This document shows, piece after piece, positions 21,232-34,953 of a DNA stretch of 35,758 bases. Each line of letters opens with the position of its first letter. The first letter of the stretch is position 1. Position numbers and translations under genes: made by a program. The stretch comes from Catajapyx aquilonaris (lineage: Eukaryota). The stretch spans positions 1 through 35,758 of the forward strand of contig KZ539034.1 of assembly GCA_000934665.2 (NCBI GenBank), in the 5' to 3' direction. The notes under the pieces are model-generated. The model saw only the letters and a list, made by a program, of their open reading frames with translations, did no database searches and was not told the DNA's origin.

Positions 21232-24200
21232 CGATAACATCAGAATGTAGTATATAAGTGTCCGGGGGCTGGTCCCGAGTAGTGACACTTCTTTGCTACT
21301 CACTTGTCAGTTTGTGTGCCCCGTCAAGGCGCTTTGTGGACAAATTTTGACCTTTCACCCTGAGTTTACCTACCATTCATATTTAAGGAACACGGTTTGA
21401 ACAGTCGGTATCAAGATATTTTTTTGCTCAGTTTTAGAGCTCAATGACATGCAAATCGATCTCAGTGTCCCTTTAAGCCCTTCTAAAATGTCTGGTGTAT
21501 AATGTCATGCCATATGAAACCAGGATGCAGATGCCTCGAGGCCTGTGTTATCTGTGAAAACGGAATACGACATGAAAGCAATTAAATAACCTTGAAACTG
21601 GTTAGTATATACTGTTAAGAAATTGCTGCTTTACCTATGTTTACATCTAGCGACGCAAGCAACTCATGTGTAACATGACACGGTATGAGTAACGAGCAGG
21701 GCACAATGACCCTGAGTTTGATAATGGTCAGCAATAGTGCAATGGACAAACTTCATTATCGACTGCCCAAGGATAGCAATAATCACATGTGACTCATTGT
21801 CGCTTCCAACCAACATTATCTGTTTAGACTGGTTAATAGTGTGAACAATCCATAACTTGTTCGGTGAACCATGTAGGCTACTGTACATCATCCTCTTTCA
21901 GTGTAAGCAGAACCGATTTGCTGTTCCGGGTCTAAAGAAATGCCCTGCCCATCCTGTCATCGATGTAGCAATTCGATTTTCGAAACAAGGAAGCTCGATT
22001 TCACATCTGGATGAACCATGGTGTAATAGGGTGAGGGAGAGAAGGGGGCAAAGCTAAAACAAACGTACACAGAGGGCTCGCGCATGTCGAATAGGCTCGT
22101 GCTCTAGATATTCTACAGGCTGTATGGTAGAGAGAAATGCGTTTTCAGGTTTGAAACCAGAGACTGGAACAAGCTTCTTTCACAACTCCGCCATCGTTCA
22201 GTGACCTTTTTCTCAACTTGGTCACAGTATGGGCAAAACCGGGGACTGTCGAGTCATGTAAATTCACTTTAGACTCCAAGGTTGTTGGGCTATACACTGC
22301 CACGTGGCTATGACTATGGCAGTTTATGGGCAGTTGATTTCCTCATGAAATTGGTAGTGTTTGTGTTCACACTAGACTAGAGGACTGTACAGTAGGCTAT
22401 ATACTCTAGAAGGCAGTGTTGTCCGATAGCTCAGTAAACTCGCAGGTCAGAGGCAGTTCCGTAGTTGAATGGGAGAAAACTTTCCGTTGAGCTTTACTAT
22501 CATTCAATGGCCTGTATCATATAATCCACAAGTATAATTATTACCACGGGGCTATTAAAACTTCCAGCTATAGAAAATACAACTTTTCGTTATTGCATTA
22601 CTTCGAGAGTTTGGAGTAGGGAGCAACTTTCTTCCCCAGCAGCATCATTTTATACTGCAAAGAGGTATGGTGTCGAATACACGGCTTCATTACAATGGCG
22701 TTCCTTTTTATATAGGCCTATATTTTTAGGCTCGTTTTTCATAAGCCTGCATTCTTTTGGCAGCCATGAAAAAGGAGGGAGCATTGATCAATCCCACTGC
22801 TATACATATGAGGACTTGATAATATCGCGGCGCATAAGCATCGGATGTATCAATTTCTCCTCGAGAAACAAATGAACAGACCAGATGCATAAAGTATTTC
22901 GATTTTTACCAAAACGTCATATCAAGTACAGGAGTGCAGCTGGACAGGAGGTAACTCAATGATTAACTTGCACCTCTGATGTGCCAACGAGACACTGCTA
23001 TGATCTACTTTTTGTCAAGCGTTATGACAGTGCCCCCTGGTATATGGAAAACCAATTTCCATATAGTGTCCTTTAAAGCTTTTAGTTTTATGCATTACCA
23101 TTAAGTGAATTTTTTGCAATGATTTATGATGGGCACTTTGACTGCACTGTGGATGAGAGACGGGTCAGTTTTTGGCGTTGGCTTGATGTGGTTCGGACCA
23201 TTGAGTGCAAAAATTATTACCTGCGCATCAAAAAATAATAAGTCAAGCTCTTCGTCACTCTTGCCTATCCATTTTCAAGCCATTTTTGTTTGGCGGCTAA
23301 GAGGTACCTGTGCTCCTCCCAAAACAACAACAACACATTGGTCCTTTTCATGTTTGTTTTGGTTGGCAGACATGACACATTAAACGGTGCCACATGGGTT
23401 ATATTTTTCTTTAATATTAAGCATGGAATTCAGAGAATAGCTTAAACGAGCTGTTTAAAATAGTGTAATGTTACGTAAATATAATTTAAAATCCGCTTCA
23501 TAAGAAGTGTTGTGCTAAATGCCTCCTGAATTGGTGGGTGCTCACATAGGTGTTTAACCTAATGTGACTTTAAAGGCTCGTGCTGAAGGTCGTGCCTGGT
23601 CACTACTCGTTCGTCCCAACAGTGGTCACTTCTTACGATGGTGGATGTCTGGTCGCTCATTGGATGGACACATGACTCACCCTGCTAGCTATCAAAAATT
23701 CATGATCAAGAACTACTCCTGATGTCATACACATGAAACTCACAGGTGAAGTCGTGTATGTAACCAGTAACAAATTGGTGCACTCGGCTTAATACCATGC
23801 TGGGGGTGTGTGCTACAATGCTCGTCACCTTTACATTTGGACAACCCATATACGTCGTACAATGAATTTTTGCGCCGAGACAGCCAACGATAATTTCGTT
23901 GCCTCGGCGACTACCTGCGACAAGGTCAATTTTTTTAAAAAAAGCGAGCCAGTGAACCGGACGCCAATAACAAGGTTTCGGACTGCGGAGGCCAATAATT
24001 GGCACCTAGCAACATGAAGTGATTATATGATTCCCAGAAGTGTATCATATAGAAGGTTTCCTAAATCATTATGAAACACCCTGTGTCGTTCACGCATTTT
24101 CTTCCACGCATCCTATATTGACCCCTTCTCTGGAGCTGACGACTTACCTGGAAGTAACACGTCTCACCATTTTTGAATGGGCACGAGGAAGGAAGCATAA

Positions 24201-25472
24201 AATAACCAACTTCATCTGGAATAACTATTGACCCCCATTGATGAATCAAGCTCCTGGATATCACTGATCCAGAAAAGGTGTCAATATGGGCAAAATTATT
24301 ATTGTTGGTTGGCTTTGGTTTTATTTTCGGAAATAAGTGCATCATGAATTGAAAGTGAGTGTAGAGTAGTTACACCGTAATTAAAGGGTGTTTTACGCAG
24401 GTAAATGCCACAGATTAATGTAGCACAGTTGATTCTGAAATCCCATAACTATATATTGAGAATGGCAGTGTTAGCCTATTTAAACGTCGATTTAAGTTGT
24501 CCAAATATTGACACTAAGCTGCTTTTTATTAAACATTTGCTCCCCGAGGGTTATTTATAGGGACAGTGAAAGTAGGAACTGCTAATATTAGGTTGAATGG
24601 AATCCTTGTTGGCAGATGTATAGGGGAAGGACGGTGGAGTATGGAATCGAATCGCACATTTTCCTGGAAAAACTCGGAAATGATGTTCTACACTCTTGAC
24701 CTAGGATATCAATAAGTCTGAGCAACTGTTTCATAAAAATTTGCTTCTCTCAGATTTAGAATAAACTGTACTTCCATACCTACTTTCAGCTTCTACAGTA
24801 CTTTGGTAAACACGCCTGTCATAGGAAAAAGTTACCGAAAAAGTTGTACGGTATAGAAACTGCAAATTATTATCAGTCTTATATAAAACTGACTGCCGTG
24901 GTTTTTAGGGACATAAATTGGCACACTGCATGGGTGTAAGAAATATATTATTGCCATCACAATGACAGTAATATTACGCCTACTGTAGAGTGTAGAGACC
25001 CTACGACAAAGTGATTGAATCCCTTATTTCATATTTTATTGGCTATAGTGTTAGAACAGATTACAAGCTATACAGCAGAGTCCGCAACTCATTTTGACCG
25101 GAAATGTCAGTCACTCTGTCCATGAGGAGTACCACATCCCCAATGTGATAAAAAGTCTTTTGTTGACGCCCATGTATGCTACTGAACAGTGAAGGGCTCT
25201 GACATCACTAGTGATGAATACCGAACTTGTGAACAATACGCAAGCGATTAGCCTTATCACGAAGAGATAATTCCGCATCCCGGCCAAGTGCGATCAGCAA
25301 AAGTCAGCGAGTTTGAACATGAATCACCGGGCATGAGGGTTAGAGATCAAGGTTATTCCACCGGCCTACTGTAGCATCAAATTATCCTAATCCACTAACA
25401 CAGCATAAGACGTGTTAGTCCCACTCAATTTCAGGAGATCAATGAATCCGACGTGAGCCAGACATAGCTATG

Positions 25473-25609
25473 CCCACGTGGACGCGTACCAAACATGGCT
25501 GAACGCACGCCACGTGGAAGCGTACCAAACATGGTTGAACCCACGTGGACACGTATCAAACATGGCTGAACCCACGTGGACGCGTACCAAACATGGCTGA
25601 ACCCACGTG
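25473..25609. repeat. 31-bp minisatellite, about 4.3 copies
   Basis: Unit CCCACGTGGACGCGTACCAAACATGGCTGAA at 25473, about 25509, 25540, 25571 and partially at 25602. Confidence 0.95.
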
Positions 25610-26890
25610 TAGGCAGCCTACATTTTGTTTGGCTCTTATTCACATCAGTACGGCACAGACATATGGTGCTTTTCGGTTGATGACATCTTAGAGGTGACGT
25701 TGCCCTATGTGGCCGCTAAGTTGAGCCGACGTCTTTAAACCTGTCGGCTCTTTCTGGATCCAATCAATTGCAAGGCAGAGGCGAACATAATTACACAGAG
25801 AGAAAGATTACCAAACGCAAGCCCGTTTCCGAGAGGAAGGGCACGAGTTCCGCCTTTCTTCTCGAGTACATTAATTTTCTCTTCCACTTTCGCTCGATCT
25901 TGGAGTTAAGAAAAAGGGTATAAATGCGCAATCCATACAAGAAGGGATGGGAAGAGGGGGAGGCGCATTAGAGATTCATGATATTCCAGAGGAATAGAAA
26001 ATCAGAAATTTGATTTTGTGGCCTTGTAGAAGATGAGCTGTGGAGTTGGAAGAGCTACAGGATCAGACCTTCTCCTGCATTGTTGCGCAGGAGCCCTGCC
26101 AGCTTTTCCAATCTCTTGAGCTGACTTGTGTTCATCTGTGAGCGAATTAAATGCTCTTGAATTGGAAGCGATGCAACTCGGACGGGGGCAAGAGAGTGCG
26201 GGGGTGGGAAGGTGAGAGGGGTGAAATCGGAAATCGATGTTGTAAACAATCCTTCCTATTCACTCCGCCGCTCTTTTTCGGCTTCATTTGGCGAGTTTCC
26301 ATTGGGTTGTTTCTAGAATAACACGTGAGAGTGGATCGGAAAAAAGGAATCTTTGCGCTTTTTTCTCTCTCTCCTTCTTCTTCTTCTTCTACGTGTGGCC
26401 TGTTAGCTCCTTGTCAGATTTAAGCGCGGAATCGAATTGCCGGTGTATGCTTTGAATTTCTTGGGTAATGGACAAGAAAGCTGCGCTCCTGGATGTCTTT
26501 GAAGTAACTTTATCAGCCATATTAATGGGACACTTTAGTGAGATTGCTTTTCATCAGTTTTCAGTGTACTGTACAGTACGTGAGTAGTAGTCTGGTTTTG
26601 AAATTCATTCGCAAGGTACTGTATATGGCGCAGCCTAGTTACCCTATGCCTGAATATTTGTTTAGTTTTATTTTCTCCCTTGCACATACGCAGCATGCAA
26701 TACGGCTCAAGCAAAAATACATTTGGGCAAGACATTCCGCTGTATAGGGTGATGCATTGCCCAATCCCAAGTGCAGAAGATGAAGTTATGAATTGGTGAC
26801 TCCAGCAAAAAAACAAAATCACGTGAATCATTTTCTCAAAGCTGGGATCACTTATTGATAAGTAGAGATCTCATTTCTAGGTTTTTACCT

Positions 26891-27257
26891 CGTTACCAGG
26901 AATTTGTCCATTCGGACACTGCCGGGAATGAGGATTTTGCCATAAAAGTGCTCATAACTTCCGTGTATACAAACATATTCAGTTAATTAAAAACATGTCC
27001 CGAGGTGTATATCAGAGGTATAGTTTACAAAAATAAAACCAGACAAATATGTCATATTTGAGGAGATATTTTATTCGAATCGTTCTTATGAACAATTACA
27101 TGGGGTAATGTGTTTAAATTTTTTTACGTTGGAAATAATAGTCAGAATATCAGAGGTATAACATAGTTAACAAAAATAAAACCTGAAAAATATGTAATAA
27201 TAGAGGAGATATTTTATTCCATCCGGCCGCGCTCGACCGGACAAATTCCTGGTAACG
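26891..27257. mobile_element. MITE with 19-bp TIR and an internal duplication of about 70 bp
   Basis: CGTTACCAGGAATTTGTCC...GGACAAATTCCTGGTAACG. The block ATATCAGAGGTATA...GAGGAGATATTTTATTC occurs twice. Confidence 0.7.
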
Positions 27258-27763
27258 TACTGTATTTTTTATTGTGTAGGCAGAACACCAGAACCAACCA
27301 ATCTGTCCGTTTCATAACGCAAGGACCTCAAAAATCATATTCTTGTACAGTATAACCTGCCTTTTCAGGCGTTGGAACCTAAATGGCATATTAGCGACTA
27401 TTTTCACCTATTTCCACCTTGACGCCGTTCCATAAGATTTTCGAGAGTTTGCGTGTTTTCCGTTCCAGGAACCCCTCCCAATTCAACATGCAAAAGGTGA
27501 AGAAGCTGTAGACATACCGGATGAACTGGCTGTAGAAGACATTTCACCTTTCAAGTATATGATCCAGTTACTTCGTGTGACGTCGAAATGTCATTTCCAG
27601 TGTATAAAGATGTATTGTCAGAGAGGCATTGCCGACTAACTAACGTAAATATGGAACAACTGCTATAGTTTGTTACTTTCTGCAAAATTCCATGGCCAAA
27701 TGTAGGCTGTAATAATGCATAGAAATGAAAATAAATTAGGACATGCTTGATTTTTACTGCATA

Positions 27764-28330
27764 TACAGGGTGTTTCTTACTAGTAGGTCAATCCGCAAGT
27801 GGCACATTTCTTGGCCCAAACCAAGTCTAAAATGGACGGGGAGAAATGTGGAGGGATCAACCTGTAACGAGGTAGACGACCAGAAACACTGTCCTATACC
27901 CCTAGACACAGATGGCAACAGACACGAAGCCACTTTGTAGGGAGATCTCCTGGCAGATGGACGTGAACAGGGGTTGCCTAGAGAGCAGGATATGAGAGTG
28001 ATGATCACTTCTGCGAAAGAGGCGATCTCGAAAAACCCCCATCGGTCATGATTTATCACTCTTACTTGTTAGTGTCTTATATCCTGCTCTCTAGGAAACC
28101 CCTGTAAGGCACGCGCGACAATCTGCCAGGTTATCTCCCTATACAAGAGGCGTCCGCACTGTGCATCGCGTCGCGTGTGTTGCCGCATGTGTCTAGGTGT
28201 AGGCCAATGTTTCTCGTCTATCTCGTTACTGGTGGGTCCCTCGACATATCTCCCCCCTACATTTTAGACTTGGTTTGGGCCAAGGAATGTGTCACTTGCG
28301 GCTTGATCTACTAGTAAGAAACACCCTGTA
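27764..28330. mobile_element. Tc1/mariner foldback MITE, 567 bp
   Basis: TACAGGGTGTTTCTTACTAGTAG... inverted at both ends, arms pair over most of the length, TA on both sides. Confidence 0.88.
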
Positions 28331-31181
28331 TAAGAGCTTATTTTGACTCTTTTCAGGACATAGATACTTACCTACTTGAGGGTTTTTTATAACCTAAAAT
28401 TCGTTCTTTATTGATAAGTTACCACGAGTTACCAGCTACAGGAATATTGTTGAATATCAACCAGCAATAATAAGCTGTGTCTAAAGGTTTCCTCTCGGTA
28501 TCAGAGCAGCATTAATATTCATGATGTCACTTAACCATGTGCGTGCCATCGCGCAATGGAGAGCGATGAGTCCTTTCTGGTGACCCGAAGAACAACGCCA
28601 TATGTCGCGTAGGCTATAGTTTTTTTAACAGCGAGTCAGCCACATTTGAATATTTTGAAAGTTATGTGCTGCTAATTTTATTCCACTAAATCTAAAAACT
28701 ACATGAAGGATCTATTTGTGGCGTGAACCAGGAAATGCCGTCTGAGAGCATTTGCCAACATGTTAGTCACTTTACTAAATGCGGGATCGACCACTTGTCC
28801 CGACGTGTCCCTTGAGGTTTTCAGCCAAACCTGACTCCGACGGTCGTTATGGTAATGAGACATCATAGACGTTGATGTCACTTACAGGATACCTCCGGAG
28901 AACTCTGCGATACACGTTTTATTTGAGATCGTCAGATTAGTCCCGCAGTGTAGATTTGTCACGAAACAAAATGTTGTTCCAGTCAGTGTAATGAAAGCAG
29001 TACAGGATGGATCGTTAATCCTTTTTTTAAACAGGCCTGCATTATATTGACGCCACCTGCAACTGTACATCCAAAATGTAAACAATCGTTCACAAACACA
29101 ATGTTATTTTTAAATGTAAGCTACATGTATTTTGCTCTATACCGACACGTAATTGTTATTGTTTACGGTTTAGTTTTCATGTTCCTGCAGGTTCATAATT
29201 CGTCCATAAAAGCGGCAAAACAGCTTGAAAGTTGAAACCATAGAGTACATGTCAAATGATTTTTTTTACCTCTACTAGTGCTTATCCCACTGGAAGCAAG
29301 CCCATAACAATATAATGGAGTCCAATGAAACTTCAGCCACTCCAGTCTCAACTGGAAGGCAAGCAACCGTAATGAAATCGGCGTTTGCGGGCGATTGTTT
29401 ACATTATTGAGTGTTAAGCCTTGTCCCAACTGCAGGCTCTGGTCCTCCGCACTTTCCGGAGAGCCAACGTCTTCATGCTATCCCACAATTAGGTGGCACC
29501 GACCTGAAAATGACCTCCTATAAAATTCTGTATGCGAGCCTACTTTTAATGCACGCTATGATTTTTCAATGTAAAGTTGTTGGAGTTGTGCAGGGGTTGG
29601 CTCAATAACACAGGTGGTACCGACTGCAATAGGCGATGGGGACCATGGGGTGGGCGGTATTGTCCAAAATTGGAATCTGTGCAGTGGTAGTGTACGCAGG
29701 GGGAATGCTATAGTAGAGTAGTCCCGGGTGTCAGCTTACTCAATATTTAACAAGTACCGCCATTCCCATGCCAAATGTTGGGCGAATGTGTGGTCCTCTG
29801 TGCCGATGCAGAGCCTCGAAGGTGTCTTCCTTTACTTCTGACGACATGGTAGAAATTTTCCTCAGATCTCCTGCATAATTATACCTACGGATGTACAGTA
29901 CTGCCCCCGGCGGATTTGGCTCAGTCCTTTGGACCACAAGTGGCCAGATTCGTGACGGGGATTGTGACCTGGGTCTTAATAATTTGTGACTGCTTGCTAA
30001 GAGGGTTTATTTGGTAGGCCTCGGCTTAACCATTGCTGATATTTAGTATATCTGCTGAAAGCAAAGACACAAACATTTCCCTAAAAGGGATAGGACACAC
30101 AAGTCAATAAAAATATGACAAATAAATGAAGTATATCCCATTATAACTAATAAAAAACAAACATTTGACTAGTGCTTCAGAAAATATTAAATATTAAATT
30201 TTCATTTTGGTCAATTGAATCGGGAATGGCCTCTGGTACCTACATCCTTGAAGCTCTGCAACCGAAGCTGCATAAGCTGATGGAAAGCCTGGTATTACGG
30301 GCGTGAATAATCCATCCCTTGCGGCCAACCCGTCCCATTGATGCGTTTCTTTTGGGCATCCTGCATAGTCGATGCATAAAGAGGCCTGCACTGTATAGGC
30401 ATACATTATGCAAATGTACGTCGTTAGGGCTAGAAAGTGAACTGCATATGGTGTAAAATATCGCCAAATTCTGGTTGGTTTATGGTACTTCCTCATATAT
30501 GACCACCTTGTTAGCAGTTGAGTAAGGGCACCATTCATCTAGACTTCAACAGTGCTATTACCATCGTTGTAAGTGTTTTTCGAATGACGCCATTTCTTGT
30601 TGCTTTGATGCGCCTAAAACCATGTCACTTACAACGTGAGTTATAATAACACTGTTGACATTGACAGCCATATTAATTGTGCCTACCTGTGCTTTTATTA
30701 TGCTATTTTATATGCCAAAAATGTCCTGGGTGGCTGTAGTAAAGGTTAACAGTCAAATTCAGGTCAGATATCCTGAAAACACTAAATATTTTACAAAGTT
30801 CTGTTTATTTTGTAAGTTGCAGTCGTTAAAAGCCAGGTTTAGAACAAATATAACTACGGCTATCCATTTAAATGCATTTAATATTTAACCTTCTCCTTGA
30901 TCCTGCCTGATGGATGGTCCAGGCAGCCACCAGACCGTGTCCTAGGTGCCTTCTATAATTATGTTGCCAACATTATTTGCATCAATATGGAAATTAACAA
31001 TGATAACATAACACAACGTAACGTACGTTTTCACCTCGTTTCTGTGGAAGGATCTGTTGCATAATCGATTTTGCTGTACAAGTATACCAAAATAATTTAA
31101 GTGCTGGAAACTGTTTCTAATACCGGTACTCGTAATATTACCTGAAAAGAGAAAATCAGTGTCGAAGTATTTGATCTAAAC

Positions 31182-31408
31182 CAGTGGTTCCCAACTTTTT
31201 CGGATTGCGAGCCCCTTTTATGATAGTCAAGTAACCTGCGACCCCCCCCCCCCCCCCCNCCCGAGTGTTAGTAGGTGTTGAAAAAAACCTTCGTGATGAA
31301 ATTTCCTATATTTTTTTGTTTTGTTTTTAAAACAATTTTAGTAATTTTTAAATTTATAAATCCGACCCCCCGGAAAAGGCTTCGCGACCCCCAAGTTGGG
31401 AACTGCTG
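31182..31408. mobile_element. hAT (Charlie/Buster-like) MITE
   Basis: TIRs CAGTGGTTCCCAACTT / AAGTTGGGAACTGCTG and 8-bp TSD ATCTAAAC with central TA (31174-31181, 31409-31416). Confidence 0.88.
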
Positions 31409-32251
31409 ATCTAAACGCTATAAAAATATGACCTTGAAGTCACAAATTCGCATATTTTTGTCACAGATTGCGAATCTTCCATAATTTTCATTTTGTTTGT
31501 AAGGATTCCCATGGATGGGTGATGCCCATTTTGAAAAGGTTATGGAACATATTGTTACTACAACCGATATGTAATAAAATCGATGATTTAGAAAGTCTGG
31601 TTGCACTATGATTGTGGTATAACACTATTCACCTGGGGTATTTTAATGAGACAAATTAACTGGTACCAGTACAGTACATTTCAATTTCATTCAAGTTCAG
31701 GTTCAATTAAAAATATACGACTCTCAAAATAGGAAATTATGTGCTATTGCAGTAAAAATTAAAATCAAAATTCTGGGAAGTGCCTAGCACCTTCTGTATA
31801 GTTATTTCAAAAGCAAAAAAAATGACTCAAATTTTCACAAAATAGTGAATACTCAACACTGACACTAGTGAGTCTCACTTTTTCATCCAATATTATTAGA
31901 AACAACTTTCACTAAAAATAACAATGTCAGTATGTTACACATCAAAATCAATACGGTACTGCAGCAGATCCTTTCTAAAATACACAAATTGTGTGAAAAT
32001 GTAGGCTATACTGTATGCCCACTTTCTAGTTTTCAGGTTAGAATGTGCATTAACATTCAAAAGTATGAATGCATTCAGGAATGATAGCTATTTTTAGAAC
32101 CAGTTATGCAAAAAGACCTTGTATCTATGAATACCTCGTTATCACGGAGCGGTAAATTAGGTTGGCCCTATCTAGAAGAAGCTAGAAAGATAGACCTACG
32201 CATTTCTCACCTTGCTTTTTTTGCATTTTTGGTAGTGTATATGGGCCTAGT

Positions 32252-32254
<3 letters not shown>

Positions 32255-32316
<62 letters not shown>

Positions 32317-32583
32317 TCATACCCCGTTATCAGCCGGCGGTTCTTTAGGGGGGATTTTTTTTTTGACTGGAACTCTTCGTTTCGTTTTTACTGCGCTTTT
32401 TGGGATAGGAAAGGAAGGAGGCGGCTGTGGCCTATTAGTTTAGGAAACAACTCCGGAATTCTCCTGGAGGAACCGTGGGAAACCACAGAAAACCACGGTT
32501 AGAGTTGCCGGCATCGGGATTCGAACCCAGGACCTGCTGATTAGCAGTCGGATACCATATCCCCTCCGCCACCACTGCTTCGG
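32255..32583 (-). mobile_element. tRNA-derived SINE, full length, with (TTA)n tail
   Basis: Minus strand shows A box TGGCGGAGGGG, B box GGTTCGAATCC, body GTTTTCTGTGGTTTCCC...AGGCCACAGCCGCCTCCTTCC and a (TTA)n tail at about 32255-32315. 15-bp TSD TATGGGCCTAGTATA (32240-32254, 32584-32598). Confidence 0.88.
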
Positions 32584-33958
32584 TATGGGCCTAGTATATT
32601 AGCTAAGAAATGTCCCCCCCCCCCCATGTGTCACTATNGTCACTATGCAGCTCTGAGAAAATAATTAACTAATCTAATTTGACGCAGAAGTTTAATGACA
32701 CAATGTCCACCTCCGTATGGCTATATGAACCATACAGTTTGATGGAACCACTAGTATTTCTTAGAATCACTTGACCAGCAATGGCCAGTCAAGTATAATA
32801 ATTGTCTTCCAATATACAGTATAAAATCTGATATTTGGCCTCGCGTCCTTTACCCTCTGCAGAATACCTTTCAAGTAGTTCCTACTCTATGCAGGCAAAC
32901 GCACTAGTGCATCGAAGCTTAAAAATTGTTCAACCAGCACTTCTTTTAGTACCGGTACTTACGAGGGCAAGCACTGTGTATTGCCCCGGAACTTTTTTTA
33001 TATAAAAACTGACCAGCCTTTTTACTATCCCACTTGGCGATTTGAGATGAACATCTCACTTTTTTTTCTGCCCTCCAAAAAATCGGATTTGAAATGGGGG
33101 CAATAGAGTCTCTCACTCCAATCGATGTCCGCCATCTGACGGTACATCCGATGCGCTATTGACCATCCCGCTTGAAAGGGTACGGTCGTACAAGGTCTCA
33201 TGTCTGGGTACCTACAAAAAAAAAAACTCAATCTCAGCATTGCGTGTATGCATCTCCAGTAGGTAGAGCTCATCTTCAGGGTTTGTTGGCACACAGTTGC
33301 TTTTGGCCAAATGCCTAGGGTCGACCTGAGCACAGCCAAAAGGCAAGCCAGGTCGGCACATGCGATGGAAGGTCTCCTCGAAAAGGAAGACCCCCAGAAA
33401 TTCATTTTCTTGTCAGAAGCACGGAGTTGCTTCATTTCCGGAGAAGGCGGACCGTGTGTCAAACTCTGTCCTTTTCTGATGTTTGCACCCCCACTCGATA
33501 TTAATAGTCCGGAGCTTCACAACAATCGTTTTGGAAAATATGCTGACGGGTTTCTGTTTCAATACCGGTTGGTAGGCATTTCCCGTTTGCGGTCATTTTG
33601 AGGTAGGGAGGACTTTATTTTCCTCGTTTCTTTAACGGCGTTTTAATGCAATGGTCTCAAAAGTTGGGACCACCTGGCAGCGAGAAATAGGATTTGAAGC
33701 AGGGTCATTTTCAGGTAATGGCCTGGGAGTAAATGGGGTGAGATGGAGAAATGTGTAAGGGGTTGGATGGCTTGATGATAGGGTATAATAACCAAATTGG
33801 CAGGTGTGATTGCATCAATTGGAAAAAATTGAAACCATGTTCCTGATCAATGATCAGAATCGCCAGGAGAAAGTGAAAAAAAGAGTGTTTATAATACGAA
33901 CGGATAATTCCTGACGTGAGAATCAAATGGTGCATATTGACAACCCAGACGTACCGAA

Positions 33959-34242
33959 CAGTGTTGGACATTAATCGCGTCATACTGCATGCGACATTTT
34001 AGGATGCGGCAGAAGTGCAAATCGAAGTGAGAGAGTGTGAGCCGTGCGAGTAAGAAGAGGTAGGCCTTGAGTGACGTCACAGGATGGGTGGGCAATGGAG
34101 AAAAGGCTTGTCCCCATCCAGTGACGTCACCCAAGGGCTACCATTTCTTACTAGCACGGCTCGCACTCTATCACTTCGATTTTCACGTCTGCCGCATCGG
34201 AAAATGTCGCTAGCAGTATGACAGAATTAATGTCCAGCACTG
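33959..34242. mobile_element. Foldback MITE with CAGTG termini
   Basis: CAGTGTTGGACATTAAT...ATTAATGTCCAGCACTG, arms pair over about 130 bp. TSD not clean. Confidence 0.75.
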
Positions 34243-34349
34243 TACAACAAGTTTGTCATCTGATTGCATGTCAATATGGATTTTATCTGTCGGTATCAAA
34301 CTCGACACCATTATTTCGAGAATAATTCTCGAAAATAATGGTGTCGAGT

Positions 34350-34953
34350 AAATAACACATTTGTGAATATTGTTCGTAGACTATACAAAATGTATGATTT
34401 CAAAAATTGTTACATTTGTGTCTACAGGGTGTATCTGAACTCAGTGCCTCGACGTATATGACTGCCTTCCTAGCCACCAGAGGATCAACACTTATGTAGA
34501 GGAGTCATTATGTCTGGGCAGCCTCATTACTGAGATACACTCTTTAGCGATTTTTGCCTAATCGCTCCTTCTGACTTTTAAATAGAATTTTCTGGTGTAA
34601 CTAGCCAAAGAGGCCTTACCACCTGTGGGCAACAAACCAACAAAGTCCCGCCCCCAGAGCTTCCAGAGCCTTCTGACTGGGGGAGGGTTCGATGGGTGGC
34701 CTAACCGACAGGATATTTTGTACTACATGTTTGCGGCCAATTATCTCAGTAATGCGGCGGCCAGACATAATGACTCCTATACTTAAATCGATCCTCTGGT
34801 GGCTAGGAAGGCAGTCATATACGTCGGGGCACTGAGTTCAGATACACCCTGTATAATAATTATAGACACAAATGTAACAATTTTAGCCCAGACTTCCCAT
34901 TGAAATCATACATTTTGTATAGTCTACGAACAATATTCACAAATGTGTTATTT
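34350..34953. repeat. Outer palindromic element whose centre is occupied by a mariner MITE
   Basis: AAATAACACATTTGTGAATATTGTTCGTAGACTATACAAAATGTATGATTTCAA (from 34350) is perfectly inverted at about 34900-34953. AATTGTTACATTTGTGTCTA is inverted at 34863-34882. Confidence 0.8.
34423..34853. mobile_element. Tc1/mariner foldback MITE
   Basis: TIRs of about 115 bp starting TACAGGGTGTATCTGAACTCAGTGCC. Confidence 0.85.

Noticed and set aside
21664..22057. Exon-like ORFs on both strands
   Set aside because: Stops interrupt the frames and no homology is recognised.
23640..24085. Possible old mariner relic ending GAAACACCCTGT
   Set aside because: No partner TIR or convincing transposase motif.
25473..25609. 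CRISPR-like array
   Set aside because: Head-to-tail repeats with no unique spacers, eukaryotic context and no cas genes.
32505..32583. Functional tRNA gene
   Set aside because: Acceptor stem does not pair; it is a SINE head with body, tail and TSD.
32960..33601. Mariner-like start TACGAGGG plus ORF fragment STAKRQARSAHA...KFIFLSE
   Set aside because: No matching right TIR and only a vague transposase resemblance.
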